A stretch of 32,000 nt of DNA from Sphingobium bisphenolivorans (GTDB taxonomy: Bacteria; Pseudomonadota; Alphaproteobacteria; Sphingomonadales; Sphingomonadaceae): the NCBI RefSeq assembly GCF_000412635.1, contig NZ_ASTG01000006.1:3254-35253 (forward strand), read 5' to 3'. Every line of letters begins with the position of its first letter. The stretch's first letter is position 1. This document shows positions 7,263 to 15,627 of the stretch, piece after piece. Both the position numbers and the translations under genes were made by a program. The notes beneath the pieces are model-generated. The model did no database searches. It was not told the origin of the DNA and saw only the letters and a list, made by a program, of their open reading frames with translations.

Positions 7263-8375
7263 TCAGGACGCTGCGAACTTCATCAGCTTGATCGCCTCCG
7301 AATTGGCGACCGCGCCGCCGATCCGCTTGACCGCATAGAAATGCACGAACGGCTTGTTGCTGAACGGATCGCGGAGGATGCTCGTCTCGCTGCGCTCTGA
7401 GACGACATAGCCCGCCTTGAAGTTACCAAAGGCGATCGAGAGCGACCCCGCCGCCAGATCGGGCATGTCCTCGGCCTCGATCACCGGATAGCCGAGCAGC
7501 GTCGCCGGCTGCTCTGCGGCCAGCGAAGGCTGCCAGATGAATGCGCCGTCGGTCGTCTTCATCTTGCGGATGACCGCCAGCGTCGCCGAATTCATCACGA
7601 AGCACGCCCCCTGCCGGTAGGGGGCCCGCAGGCTCTGCACCAGGTCGATCAGCTTGTCCGGACCCGCCGCCGTGAACGCACCCGAAGCCCCCGACGCCAC
7701 ATATTGCAGCGACCCGAATGCGCGCACGCTGTCCGCCTCGTTGGTCGTCGTATAGGTCAGGAAGCCCTTGGGCTTGTTCGTTCCATTGCCGTTCACGAAC
7801 GCCGCACCCTCTGCCGCCGCGAACTCGCGCGCAATCTCGCCCGCCAGCCAGCTCTCGACATCGAACTCAGCGTCGTCCAGCATCGCCTGGCTCGCCGCCG
7901 GATTGGCGTAGAGCTCGCCATAGGGCGGCACGATCTCGTTGAAGCTCGGCGTCGCCGTCTCCGTCCGTGCACCCGTCTCGCTCGCCCAGCCCGACACGAT
8001 GCCGCCCGACGTCACCAGCTTGCGATAGCCCGCCGATCCCGTGCGCACCACATTGGCGATGCTCCTGATCGGCGAGATGCTTTTCAGCGTCGCGTCGATG
8101 ATCTGGTCGATCTCGCGGGGCACCGCATAGCCGCCTGCCGTGCCGGACGCCCCCGAAAAGCTCTTCAGCTCCACCCCCGCCTCAAGCCCCTGCCGCAGAT
8201 AGCGTTCGACAAAGGCAGCGTGCCGCGGATCGGCGGCCCCGCCCTTCACCCCGTCCAGCGCCGGCCGCTGCTGCGCCAGCAGGCTCCCCTTCAGCGCGGC
8301 GACCTCACCCTCCAGCTCCGCGATGCGCTCACCCCGCACCACCGCGTCAAAGCTTGCTTCCAACTGGTCCGTCAT
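7263..8375 (-). CDS. Phage/GTA major capsid protein, HK97 family (gp5)
   Basis: 370 aa: N-terminal coiled coil, then GTAGGYAVPREIDQIIDATLKSISPIRSIANVVRTGSAGYRKLVTSGG...GEAAAF/NGNGTNKPKGFL and DGAFIWQPSLAAEQPATLLGYPVIEAEDMPDLAAGSLSIAFGNF. Confidence 0.96.
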   Translation of the reverse strand: MTDQLEASFDAVVRGERIAELEGEVAALKGSLLAQQRPALDGVKGGAADPRHAAFVERYLRQGLEAGVELKSFSGASGTAGGYAVPREIDQIIDATLKSISPIRSIANVVRTGSAGYRKLVTSGGIVSGWASETGARTETATPSFNEIVPPYGELYANPAASQAMLDDAEFDVESWLAGEIAREFAAAEGAAFVNGNGTNKPKGFLTYTTTNEADSVRAFGSLQYVASGASGAFTAAGPDKLIDLVQSLRAPYRQGACFVMNSATLAVIRKMKTTDGAFIWQPSLAAEQPATLLGYPVIEAEDMPDLAAGSLSIAFGNFKAGYVVSERSETSILRDPFSNKPFVHFYAVKRIGGAVANSEAIKLMKFAAS

Positions 8376-8446
8376 CCACTACTCCCACGAAAAAGGGCGG
8401 CCCGAACCGGACCGCCCGCACAGAAACCTCTTGAGCGCCCAAGCGC

Positions 8447-8842
8447 CTATTCCACCGCGATCACCCGCGCCAGGGGCTGCATCGGGTGCGTCACCACGCT
8501 CACCTCCACCACCTCCAGGTCCAGCAGTTCGCGCGGCCCATGCCCCCGCGCAGCCCGCACCCGATAGCCGAACGAGAGCCCGTCCACCGCCTTCTCCCGC
8601 AGCGCCCGCGCCGCCTCCCGCCCCGCCGCCGTTCGCGCCGACACCCGCCCGATCACCCGCAGGCCGCGCGCATCCTCCTCGATCCGCTCGACCGTGCCGA
8701 TCGCCTCCCCCGGCCGATGCTGCCACAGCAGCGGCACCCCCGCCGCCGCTCCCGCAAAGGCGCCCGCCCGCACCACGTCGCCACCGCGATCGACCCGGTC
8801 GAACACCGCCGCATAGCCGGCGAAGCGCAGATCCCCGCTCAC
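8447..8842 (-). CDS. HK97 family prohead protease (gp4)
   Basis: 131 aa MSGDLRFAGYAAVFDRVDRGGDVVRAGAF...VPLLWQHRPGEAIGTVERIEEDARGLRVIGRV...VDGLSFGYR. Confidence 0.93.
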   Translation of the reverse strand: MSGDLRFAGYAAVFDRVDRGGDVVRAGAFAGAAAGVPLLWQHRPGEAIGTVERIEEDARGLRVIGRVSARTAAGREAARALREKAVDGLSFGYRVRAARGHGPRELLDLEVVEVSVVTHPMQPLARVIAVE

Positions 8843-9159
8843 GCCCGCACCAGCCCCAGCAGCCCCAGCTTCACCGCCATGCCCAGCAGCAGCAGCGCCA
8901 TCACGATCCGCACGGCCCAGGCGACGACAGCGCCCCGCGCCGCCTTCTTGGCGTCACGCCAGGCGCCCAGCAGCTCGCGCAATTCCCGCACGTCGCCTTC
9001 AGCGCTCCGGTCGGCCAGCCCCAGCCGCTCCAGCGCCCGCCCGGCGCCCAGCTCGCTCGCCTCCTCGACCAGCGCCCGGATCATCAGCATGTCGCACCCC
9101 ACCGGCTGCGCTTCCGCCTGAGCCACCAGCCGGGCCAGCATCTCCCCATCATATTTCAT
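8839..9159 (-). CDS. Small membrane protein, DUF6127-like, GTA gp3.5 position
   Basis: 106 aa from MKYDGEMLARLVAQAEAQPVGCDMLMIRALVEEASELGAGRALERLGL..., with one C-terminal TM segment. The ATGA overlap with the portal stop supports the internal start over the 9303 start in the track. Confidence 0.75.
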   Translation of the reverse strand: MKYDGEMLARLVAQAEAQPVGCDMLMIRALVEEASELGAGRALERLGLADRSAEGDVRELRELLGAWRDAKKAARGAVVAWAVRIVMALLLLGMAVKLGLLGLVRA

Positions 9160-10295
9160 CGTGCCGCTCCCATCCCCAGCATCGCCCGCTTCTCTTCCCC
9201 GCTCAGGAAGTCCGCCGCCGCCACCCTGTCCCACAGCGCCCCGCGCTCCTCGGCCAGCGCCGGCACGGCATCCAGGTCGGCGCGCAGACAAAGCTCCGGC
9301 CACCAGCCTTGCAGCCCCTGCGCCAGCCCGCCGAAAATCTTGCCCAGCAGCGGCAGGATCGTCTGCCGCCAGAGCGCCCGGTTGGCCTCGCGATAATTGG
9401 CATAGGCATTGTCGCCCGGCAGCCCCATCAGCATCGGCGGCACCCCAAAGGCCAATGCGATCTCCCGCGCCGCCGCCGCCTTCAGCCCCACGAAATCCAT
9501 CTCGGCCGGCGTCAGGCTCATCGCCTTCCAGCTGAGCCCCCCTTCCAGCAGCATCGGCCGCCCTGCATTGGCCGCGCCGGAAAAGGCGACCTCCATCTCC
9601 CGCTTCACGCGCTCGAACTGTTCCGGGCTCATCACCGACCCGTCGCCCGGCTCATAGACCATCGCGCCCGAAGGCCGCGCGGCATTGTCGAGCAGCGCCT
9701 TGTTCCACACCGTCGCGGCATTGTGGATCGCCACCGCGCCCGCAGCCGCGCCGATGCATCCCAAGCCATAATGATCGTCCAGCGGATGCAGCGCCTTCAA
9801 ATGGATGATGCTCGTCCGTCCGGCGCTATCCTGGGGCGAGAGCCGCGTCACGCTATCCCCGACACGATAGAGATAGGCAGCCGGCCACCCCCGCCCGTCC
9901 GCCTCGACGCTCACCCGCTCGGGCCGCAGCGCGTATAGCTCAGCCGGTAGTCCGTCCGCCCCCAGCAGCATCTGCACATAGCCGTTGCCATGCAGCAGCA
10001 GATGGCTCGCCAGCGTCTCGACCAACGGCTGCCCCGCCGAACAATGGGTCAGCAGCGCGGCGATCTTCCTTCGCTCCCGCTCTTCCACGCCGGCGACCGT
10101 CAGGGCGGTCCCGCTCGCGCCCTCCGCCACCAGCCGCATCGCCCGCTGCGCCACCGGATTGCCCAGCACCGCCGCGCGCACCTGCGCCTCATAGGATGCG
10201 GGCCATTCGCCCAGCGCGACGCCGCCCGATCCCCAGGCGCGCGCCAGCACCGGCCGCGCGCCCCCGCGCGCCGCTTTCGTCCCGAAAAATTTCAT
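9156..10295 (-). CDS. HK97 family portal protein (gp3)
   Basis: 379 aa MKFFGTKAARGGARPVLARAWG...VAEGASGTALTV...LLLHGNGYVQML..., VFGVPPMLMGLPGDNAYANYREANRALWRQTILPLLGKIF. Confidence 0.96.
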   Translation of the reverse strand: MKFFGTKAARGGARPVLARAWGSGGVALGEWPASYEAQVRAAVLGNPVAQRAMRLVAEGASGTALTVAGVEERERRKIAALLTHCSAGQPLVETLASHLLLHGNGYVQMLLGADGLPAELYALRPERVSVEADGRGWPAAYLYRVGDSVTRLSPQDSAGRTSIIHLKALHPLDDHYGLGCIGAAAGAVAIHNAATVWNKALLDNAARPSGAMVYEPGDGSVMSPEQFERVKREMEVAFSGAANAGRPMLLEGGLSWKAMSLTPAEMDFVGLKAAAAREIALAFGVPPMLMGLPGDNAYANYREANRALWRQTILPLLGKIFGGLAQGLQGWWPELCLRADLDAVPALAEERGALWDRVAAADFLSGEEKRAMLGMGAAR

Positions 10296-10309
10296 GCAAA
10301 CCCCGCCAC

Positions 10310-10337
10310 AAAAAATCCTCCCCGCTCGGGGGAGGAT
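10310..10337 (-). terminator. Intrinsic terminator (minus strand) between the glycine-zipper gene and the portal gene
   Basis: 9-bp perfect stem ATCCTCCCC (10315-10323) / GGGGAGGAT (10329-10337), followed on the minus strand by TTTTTT. Confidence 0.75.
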
Positions 10338-10392
10338 AGTGAAGCCCGGCGACGATCAGCCGCCTAACGAAAGATGGAAAGGGGCGACGCCC

Positions 10393-10734
10393 TCAAGGAT
10401 TGCGGGCCAATACCCGGTCGCAAGCCGCGTTCGTGCCCTCGCTCTTGCCGATCACCCGGCCCGCGACCGCTCCCGCCGCACCAGCCAGCAGCGATTCACC
10501 CAGGCTCCCGCCCGCCAGCGCCCCCACGCCAGCCCCGCCGGCCGCGCCGATCACAGTGCCGCGGTCGCGCCCTTTCTTCCCCTGAAGCAGGCAATAGCGC
10601 ACCTCGTCCCTATCCCGTGGCGCCGCCCGCGCCACCCGCGCGCGCTCCTTGCCGTTGAGCGAAGCGGCGAGAGCCGGGGTTGTCGCCACAGCCATGCCAG
10701 CCAGAACCATCACAAATTTAGCGCCCATTTTCAT
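10393..10734 (-). CDS. Secreted/periplasmic glycine-zipper protein of unknown function
   Basis: 113 aa; signal peptide MKMGAKFVMVLAGMAVATTPALA; glycine-zipper stretch GTVIGAAGGAGVGALAGGSLGESLLAGAAGAVAGRVIG; RBS AGGAGG upstream. Confidence 0.75.
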   Translation of the reverse strand: MKMGAKFVMVLAGMAVATTPALAASLNGKERARVARAAPRDRDEVRYCLLQGKKGRDRGTVIGAAGGAGVGALAGGSLGESLLAGAAGAVAGRVIGKSEGTNAACDRVLARNP

Positions 10735-10900
10735 ATCTCAAGCTCCTCCTAGATCGCCTGAATATACGCCAGGAGCCGCAGCGCAGTTCCGGCACCCCGA
10801 CACTCCCCCTGTTCCTGCGATCCGAAGAAGGCCGTCGGCCAACGCAGGAACCCGGCTCGAACGGCGGGGCGGGGCTCCTGTCCGCAGGAGCACGACATCC

Positions 10901-12223
10901 CTAAATTATCCGCACCCGCGCGTCCGACCACCGCCCCAGCATCAACTCGGTCAACGCCCAGACCAGCGCATCCGCCCGGTCCGGCGACCGCCCCGGCCCG
11001 ACATAGCCGCCGCCCATCACCATGCCGCACATCTGGTCTTCCAGCTGCCAGAGGGCGCCGCGATGCGCCACGCGCCCTGCCTCGTAGAGCGCCGCCACCG
11101 GCTCCGCCCGCGCCACCTTGCCCCGGCTCGCATGGACCAGCCGCACCGGCAAAGCGGCCTCCGCCGCCCGCAGCACGCTCTCGACCATCGCGCCGCCATT
11201 ATTGGCTTCAGCGACAACCCGGTCGGCACCATGCGCGACTGCCGCCGCTGCGACCGCGCGCGCCCAGCCCTCCGGCCTCATGCCCTCGACAGTAGCGTCG
11301 GCAATGACATAGGCGCGCCCGTCACCGCCCAGGCCAGCAACGACAATCCCGCAGGCATCGCCATCGGCGGAAGCGGGCGGGTCCACCGCCACCACTACCC
11401 GCGACAGCGTGCCCCCTTGCGGCACATGCGGCACCCGGCATCGCTCCAGCAGATCGCGGCTCCACAGCGCGCCCTGCACATCCTCGATCAGTTCACCGTG
11501 CAGCTCCTGCCGCCCGAGCCGCGTGCCGCCATAGCTGCGCTCCATCGCGGCGACGAAGCCGTCCGCCAGATGCGCCGCATTGTCCGCCGTCCGCCCCCGC
11601 GTCACCACGACATCCGCGCCGTCCCGCGCCACCAGCCCGCACACCAGCGGCACCGGACGCGGCGTGGTCGTCGCCAGCACACGCGGCCGCGCGCCCAGCC
11701 GCATGCCCATCATCAGATTGTCCCAGCACATCTCGCCCGCCGGCCATTTCGCGATTTCGTCGGCCCAGCCATGGCTGAACTGGGGCCCGCGCAGGCTCTC
11801 CGGCTCCGCCGCGCCGAACAGCGACGCGACCGCGCCATTGGGCCACAGCAGCCTGCGCAGAGCGGGCGAGAAGACCGGCCGGTTCCACCAGGGTGCCACC
11901 GCCAGGATTCCCGACGGTCCCTCCACCATCACGGCGCGCGTCTCGCCCAGCGTCGCCCCAACGATAGCGATCCGCGCCGATGGGTCATTTTCCGCGATCG
12001 TCCTGACCCATTCGGCGCCCGCCCGTGTCTTGCCGAAGCCGCGCCCGGCCATCATCAGCCAGATGGTCCAGTCACCCCCCGGCGCCAGTTGTTCCGGTCG
12101 CGCCAGCCACCGCCAGTCATGCGCCAGCGCCTCGGCCGCCGCGCCGTTCAGGCCGGCCAGCACCCGCTCGCGCTCCGCTTCGGGCAAGCGCGCCAGCCGC
12201 TCGAAATCCGAAAGGCTCCCCAT
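10901..12223 (-). CDS. DNA-packaging terminase large subunit, GTA gp2-like
   Basis: From MGSLSDFERLARLPE.... Walker A-like MMAGRGFGKTRAGAEW, nuclease-type motifs VVVAVDPPASADGDACGIVV and SPDRADALVWALTEL, RBS AAAGGAG upstream. Confidence 0.95.
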   Translation of the reverse strand: MGSLSDFERLARLPEAERERVLAGLNGAAAEALAHDWRWLARPEQLAPGGDWTIWLMMAGRGFGKTRAGAEWVRTIAENDPSARIAIVGATLGETRAVMVEGPSGILAVAPWWNRPVFSPALRRLLWPNGAVASLFGAAEPESLRGPQFSHGWADEIAKWPAGEMCWDNLMMGMRLGARPRVLATTTPRPVPLVCGLVARDGADVVVTRGRTADNAAHLADGFVAAMERSYGGTRLGRQELHGELIEDVQGALWSRDLLERCRVPHVPQGGTLSRVVVAVDPPASADGDACGIVVAGLGGDGRAYVIADATVEGMRPEGWARAVAAAAVAHGADRVVAEANNGGAMVESVLRAAEAALPVRLVHASRGKVARAEPVAALYEAGRVAHRGALWQLEDQMCGMVMGGGYVGPGRSPDRADALVWALTELMLGRWSDARVRII

Positions 12224-12310
12224 GCACCCCTGCTCCTTTCGCCACATTCTGCCTTATTTTCGGGCTCCGGCCCTTTTCGCGGCGCATGCCCCGAACCTAT
12301 ATGCCTCGCC

Positions 12311-12751
12311 ATGTCTTCGATCCGACCCGCCCGCGCCGCCGATGGTGCCCGCCTGCTCGACATCTGGCGCAGCGCCGTCGATGCGACCCATGATTTTCTC
12401 TCGGCGCAGGACCGCTTCGCCATAGAGCAGGAAGTGTCCGCCTCGCTTCCCAATGCTCCCGCCTGGCTCGCAACCGATCCCGATGATCGCGCGGTCGGCT
12501 TCATGCTGATCGACGGCACGCATATGGATGCGCTCTTCATCGATCCCGAATGGCGCGGCCAAGGGATCGGCCGCCTCCTCGTCGAGCATGGCCTTGCCCT
12601 GCACCCAACGCTTACGACCGACGTCAACGAACAGAATGAACAGGCGATCGGCTTCTACGAACGTCTCAACTTCGCCCGCACGGGCCGTTCGGACACGGAT
12701 GGACAGGGCCGCCCCTACCCTCTCCTCCACCTACGCCACGCGCCCGCCTAG
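12311..12751 (+). CDS. GNAT family N-acetyltransferase
   Basis: 146 aa MSSIRPARAADGARLLDIWRSAVDATHDFLSAQD...MDALFIDPEWRGQGIGRLLVEHGLALHP...VNEQNEQAIGFYERLNFARTGRSDTDGQGRPYPLLHL. The acetyl-CoA motif is RGQGIG. The track ORF starts far upstream antisense to terL. Confidence 0.9.
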   Translation: MSSIRPARAADGARLLDIWRSAVDATHDFLSAQDRFAIEQEVSASLPNAPAWLATDPDDRAVGFMLIDGTHMDALFIDPEWRGQGIGRLLVEHGLALHPTLTTDVNEQNEQAIGFYERLNFARTGRSDTDGQGRPYPLLHLRHAPA

Positions 12752-12955
12752 ACCATCCGGCCTCGCGGCCATTTCGCCCGAACCATCTCCGGCGCCGAAC
12801 GCAGATTGCCTCTTCACATCTTGCCGCCTCACCCTCCCGCTCCGCTGCATCCCCGACAACCCTCCGCCGTTCCCCAAATATCGTCACCCCGGGCTCCCGC
12901 TGCCTGCCCCGTCGCGTCCAGCGCAGCGCAGGAGGCCTGACGCCGGAACATCCCG

Positions 12956-13531
12956 TCACCCCTCATCCTCACCCTTCGCCCGGACAGCCTCCAACGCCGC
13001 ACGCAGCCGCTCCACCGCGTCGTCCCCATCCGGGCGCTCCGCCTTTTCTCTCAGGCGCCCGGCTTCCCGCTCCACTTCAACGGCATGCTTCTCCAGCAGC
13101 AGCGCTGCGATTCGGTGAGGATAGCTTTTCCTGATCTTCCGGCTCTTCACCGCGCCCTCGCCATCCAGCACGATCTCCTCCTCCTCGACGCCGAACAACG
13201 ACTGCCGCAGCAACTGGGTCTGAAGTTCCGCATATCCGACATCCAGCGCCCGCGCCCATTCGCGCGCGAAGCTGCTGCTGCGCCGCTTGTGATAATAGGC
13301 GGTCGACAGATTGATCCCCGCCACCCGCGCCGCCTCGCTGACATTGCAGGTCCCCGCCAGCGTCTCCAGGAAGATCCTGTGCCGCTCGGGCGTCAGCCCG
13401 TCCTTGCGTCTTGCCCGCAGTTGCGGTCCGCTGCCGAAAGCCCCCAACTGGTTGTGCTGCAGGGTCATCGTGCGGTCCGGCGCATCGCTGGCCCTGCCGC
13501 CAAAGCGCGCCTTGTTCACCTTGTCCGTCAT
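12956..13531 (-). CDS. HTH protein, candidate terminase small subunit of the GTA-like cluster
   Basis: MTDKVNKARFGG...KDGLTPERHRIFLETLAGTCNVSEAARVAGINLSTAYYHKRRSSSFAREWARALDVGYAELQTQLLRQSLFG. N-terminal HTH plus a charged C-terminal helix, on the same strand and upstream of terL. The track ORF runs to 13657. Confidence 0.6.
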   Translation of the reverse strand: MTDKVNKARFGGRASDAPDRTMTLQHNQLGAFGSGPQLRARRKDGLTPERHRIFLETLAGTCNVSEAARVAGINLSTAYYHKRRSSSFAREWARALDVGYAELQTQLLRQSLFGVEEEEIVLDGEGAVKSRKIRKSYPHRIAALLLEKHAVEVEREAGRLREKAERPDGDDAVERLRAALEAVRAKGEDEG

Positions 13532-13681
13532 GCCCATCCCCCCGTCACCGAAAGACGAAGGGCCAGTCCTCTCTTCAAGGACCGGCCCGCACCGCCGCAT
13601 CAGCGACTCACATTTTCCAGTGTCGCCATCTTTGCCAGAACAGCGTGACGATGTCAAGAAAAATGTTCCAGATCGGTTAGT

Positions 13682-14329
13682 TCATGATGCGGCCATACGC
13701 TGGATCATGGGCTCCTCGGCCGCCAGGGCGGAAGCGAAACTCGGCCGCTCCATGATCTGCTGCAGCCAGCGTTGCACCTTGGGCCAACGCCCGTTTGCCG
13801 GCACCTCGCTGCAATAGCCGATGTTGATCAACGGGCAGGCAACCGCGATATCTGCAAGCGTGAAGCGCCCCTCCACCAGGAAGCCGCTGTCCGCCATCAC
13901 CGTTTCAAGATAGTCCAGCGCCCGGGGCAGAGCCTCTGCTTCAGCCTGCGCGGCCGCGTCCAGATCCTGCGGAAGGCCCAGCAGCGGAGCGACCATCCGA
14001 TGAAAGAATATCGCGCCCCCCGCCGGCTGGACGATGGTGTCGCCAAACTCCTCATACCAGATCGTCCGGGCTCTTGCCCTGGCTTCCGTCGGGATCAGAT
14101 TGGGCTCGGGGTACAGCGTGTCCAGATAGGTTATGATGGCGCTACTGTCGCTGATCAGGAAGTCGCCATCCTTAAATGCGGGCATCTTCCCGAAGGGCGA
14201 CGCTTCCTGGAAAATCTGACCGCCTTGGCCGAAGCCGCCGGGTTGCAGTTCCAGCTCGACGCCCTTCTCCGCCGCGAAGACGATCACCTTGCGCACAAAG
14301 GGCGAGGGCCCCGCTCCATACAAGATCAT
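13682..14329 (-). CDS. Glutathione S-transferase family protein
   Basis: 215 aa MILYGAGPSPFVRKVIVFAAEKGVELE...ASPFGKMPAFKDGDFLISDSSAIITYLD...FTLADIAVACPLINI. Confidence 0.93.
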   Translation of the reverse strand: MILYGAGPSPFVRKVIVFAAEKGVELELQPGGFGQGGQIFQEASPFGKMPAFKDGDFLISDSSAIITYLDTLYPEPNLIPTEARARARTIWYEEFGDTIVQPAGGAIFFHRMVAPLLGLPQDLDAAAQAEAEALPRALDYLETVMADSGFLVEGRFTLADIAVACPLINIGYCSEVPANGRWPKVQRWLQQIMERPSFASALAAEEPMIQRMAAS

Positions 14330-14377
14330 GCATCATTCCCCTTCTCATCTTGCGGTCCGCTGCCCGTGCAGCGGAAT

Positions 14378-15187
14378 TCATCCACCGTCGCCGCTTCCTG
14401 TGCTCGCCACGCTCTGCCGGTAATCGATCCTGATGCGGACCCAGCTGCCCACCATCACCTTGCCATTGACCCGGGGCGGCAACACGAGGAATTGCCATGC
14501 CGCCAGCCGGACCGCCTTGGCAAAGCCCGATCCCAGCGGGGATTCGCCCAGCGCCTGGCAATTTTCGACATGATAATTGTCCACCGTCTTGCAGGCGACC
14601 AGCCCCCACCCCGCGCGCGGTGCGTCGCTCGGCAGGTAGCTCGCCAGTTCCGTATGGGTGGGCCGTCGATACCATTCCGCCTCGAACAGCTGGACGCCGC
14701 CCGGCCCCTCTCCCGGGCCGGAAACGGCTGCACTGTTCCCCTTCCCGGGCGTACCTTCGCTGCCACCGCTTGCCGGCGCTTTGGCGATGTTGGCTGCGGC
14801 CATCTGCTGACTATCGAGCACCAGGAACGGCAGGGGCGAAGGCAGCTGCGGCAAAGGCCGCGCCACCGGCAGCAGCGGCCTCAATTCCGGCTTAACCAGC
14901 GGCTCCGGCCGTTTTTTCTCCGGGACCTGCCGTTCGGGCTCCTTCTCGCGCTTCTTTTCCTGTTTCTCGGGCTTTTTGGCCTTGCTCTCCGCCTTCTCCT
15001 CTTTCTCCGCCTTGGGCGCAGGCGCCATTTCGAAGGTGACCGGATTGCGCAGGTCGGGCAGCTGCACGACCGGCTTGGGCGCCAGCGTCAGCAACGCCAG
15101 CAGCAATAGTCCGTTGAACAGCAGCGCGAACAGCATGCCGCCGCCGCGCTCGCGCCATTTCGGTGTCAGGGGTTGTGCAAGGGTCAA
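14378..15187 (-). CDS. TonB-like energy transducer/envelope protein with charged Pro/Glu/Lys-rich linker
   Basis: 269 aa; one N-terminal TM segment (GGMLFALLFNGLLLLALLTL); linker KAEKEEKAESKAKKPEKQEKKREKEPERQVPEKKRPEP; C-terminal globular region. Confidence 0.55.
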   Translation of the reverse strand: MTLAQPLTPKWRERGGGMLFALLFNGLLLLALLTLAPKPVVQLPDLRNPVTFEMAPAPKAEKEEKAESKAKKPEKQEKKREKEPERQVPEKKRPEPLVKPELRPLLPVARPLPQLPSPLPFLVLDSQQMAAANIAKAPASGGSEGTPGKGNSAAVSGPGEGPGGVQLFEAEWYRRPTHTELASYLPSDAPRAGWGLVACKTVDNYHVENCQALGESPLGSGFAKAVRLAAWQFLVLPPRVNGKVMVGSWVRIRIDYRQSVASTGSGDGG

Positions 15188-15255
15188 TTCAGCGCGCCGC
15201 TCGATTTTCGCAAGGGCTCATGCCCAGACGCCGCAGCGCCGTGAAGGCCGTGCGC

Positions 15256-15498
15256 TCAGCACACATCCTCTTCGCGCACCACCGGGCGGCTTTCCCGCGT
15301 CGCGCGCATCCGGCTCGCCTTGTCGTCGGGGTCTGACGTCAGGATCACATGATCCTCATGCACCTCCAGCAGCACGCCCGCGAAGGGGAAGCCCTCCAGC
15401 CCGCCGGTCACCCGATAGCTCACCTGATCGCCGACCTTGAACGTCGCCGGGTCCACGTTGAAGTCGAAAGGGCAGGCGCCCTCGCCCATGCCTTGCAT
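15256..15498 (-). CDS. Conserved-looking small hypothetical protein
   Basis: 80 aa MQGMGEGACPFDFNVDPATFKVGDQVSYRVTGGLEGFPFAGVLLEVHEDHVILTSDPDDKASRMR.... Strong RBS AAAAAAGGAGATCC just upstream. Confidence 0.65.
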   Translation of the reverse strand: MQGMGEGACPFDFNVDPATFKVGDQVSYRVTGGLEGFPFAGVLLEVHEDHVILTSDPDDKASRMRATRESRPVVREEDVC

Positions 15499-15627
15499 GA
15501 TGGATCTCCTTTTTTAGCGACTCTATTCTGCCGGCCACCCTCGATCAAGCGCAGCCACAAACATCCCTGCCGCGCCGTTGTCTGAAAGCGCTGGATAGCA
15601 TTCCCATTCTCGGCTAGGCCCGCCACG

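Noticed and set aside
1-12223. Interpretation as an ordinary active prophage
   Set aside because: No integrase, repressor, replication, lysis or att features are visible, and gene content and order match RcGTA-like clusters. The left boundary is outside the window, so this stays provisional.
10649-12751. 700-aa plus-strand ORF
   Set aside because: The long N-terminal part is antisense to terL and has an Arg/Pro/His-rich shadow composition. Only the last 146 residues (12311-12751) form a real GNAT protein.
13665-13679. GTTCCAGATCGGTTA, a possible second SOS box (GTTC-N7-GTTA) near the TerS-like gene
   Set aside because: One mismatch in the conserved half-site and poorly defined promoter context. 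A chance near-match is likely; only binding or induction data would rescue it.
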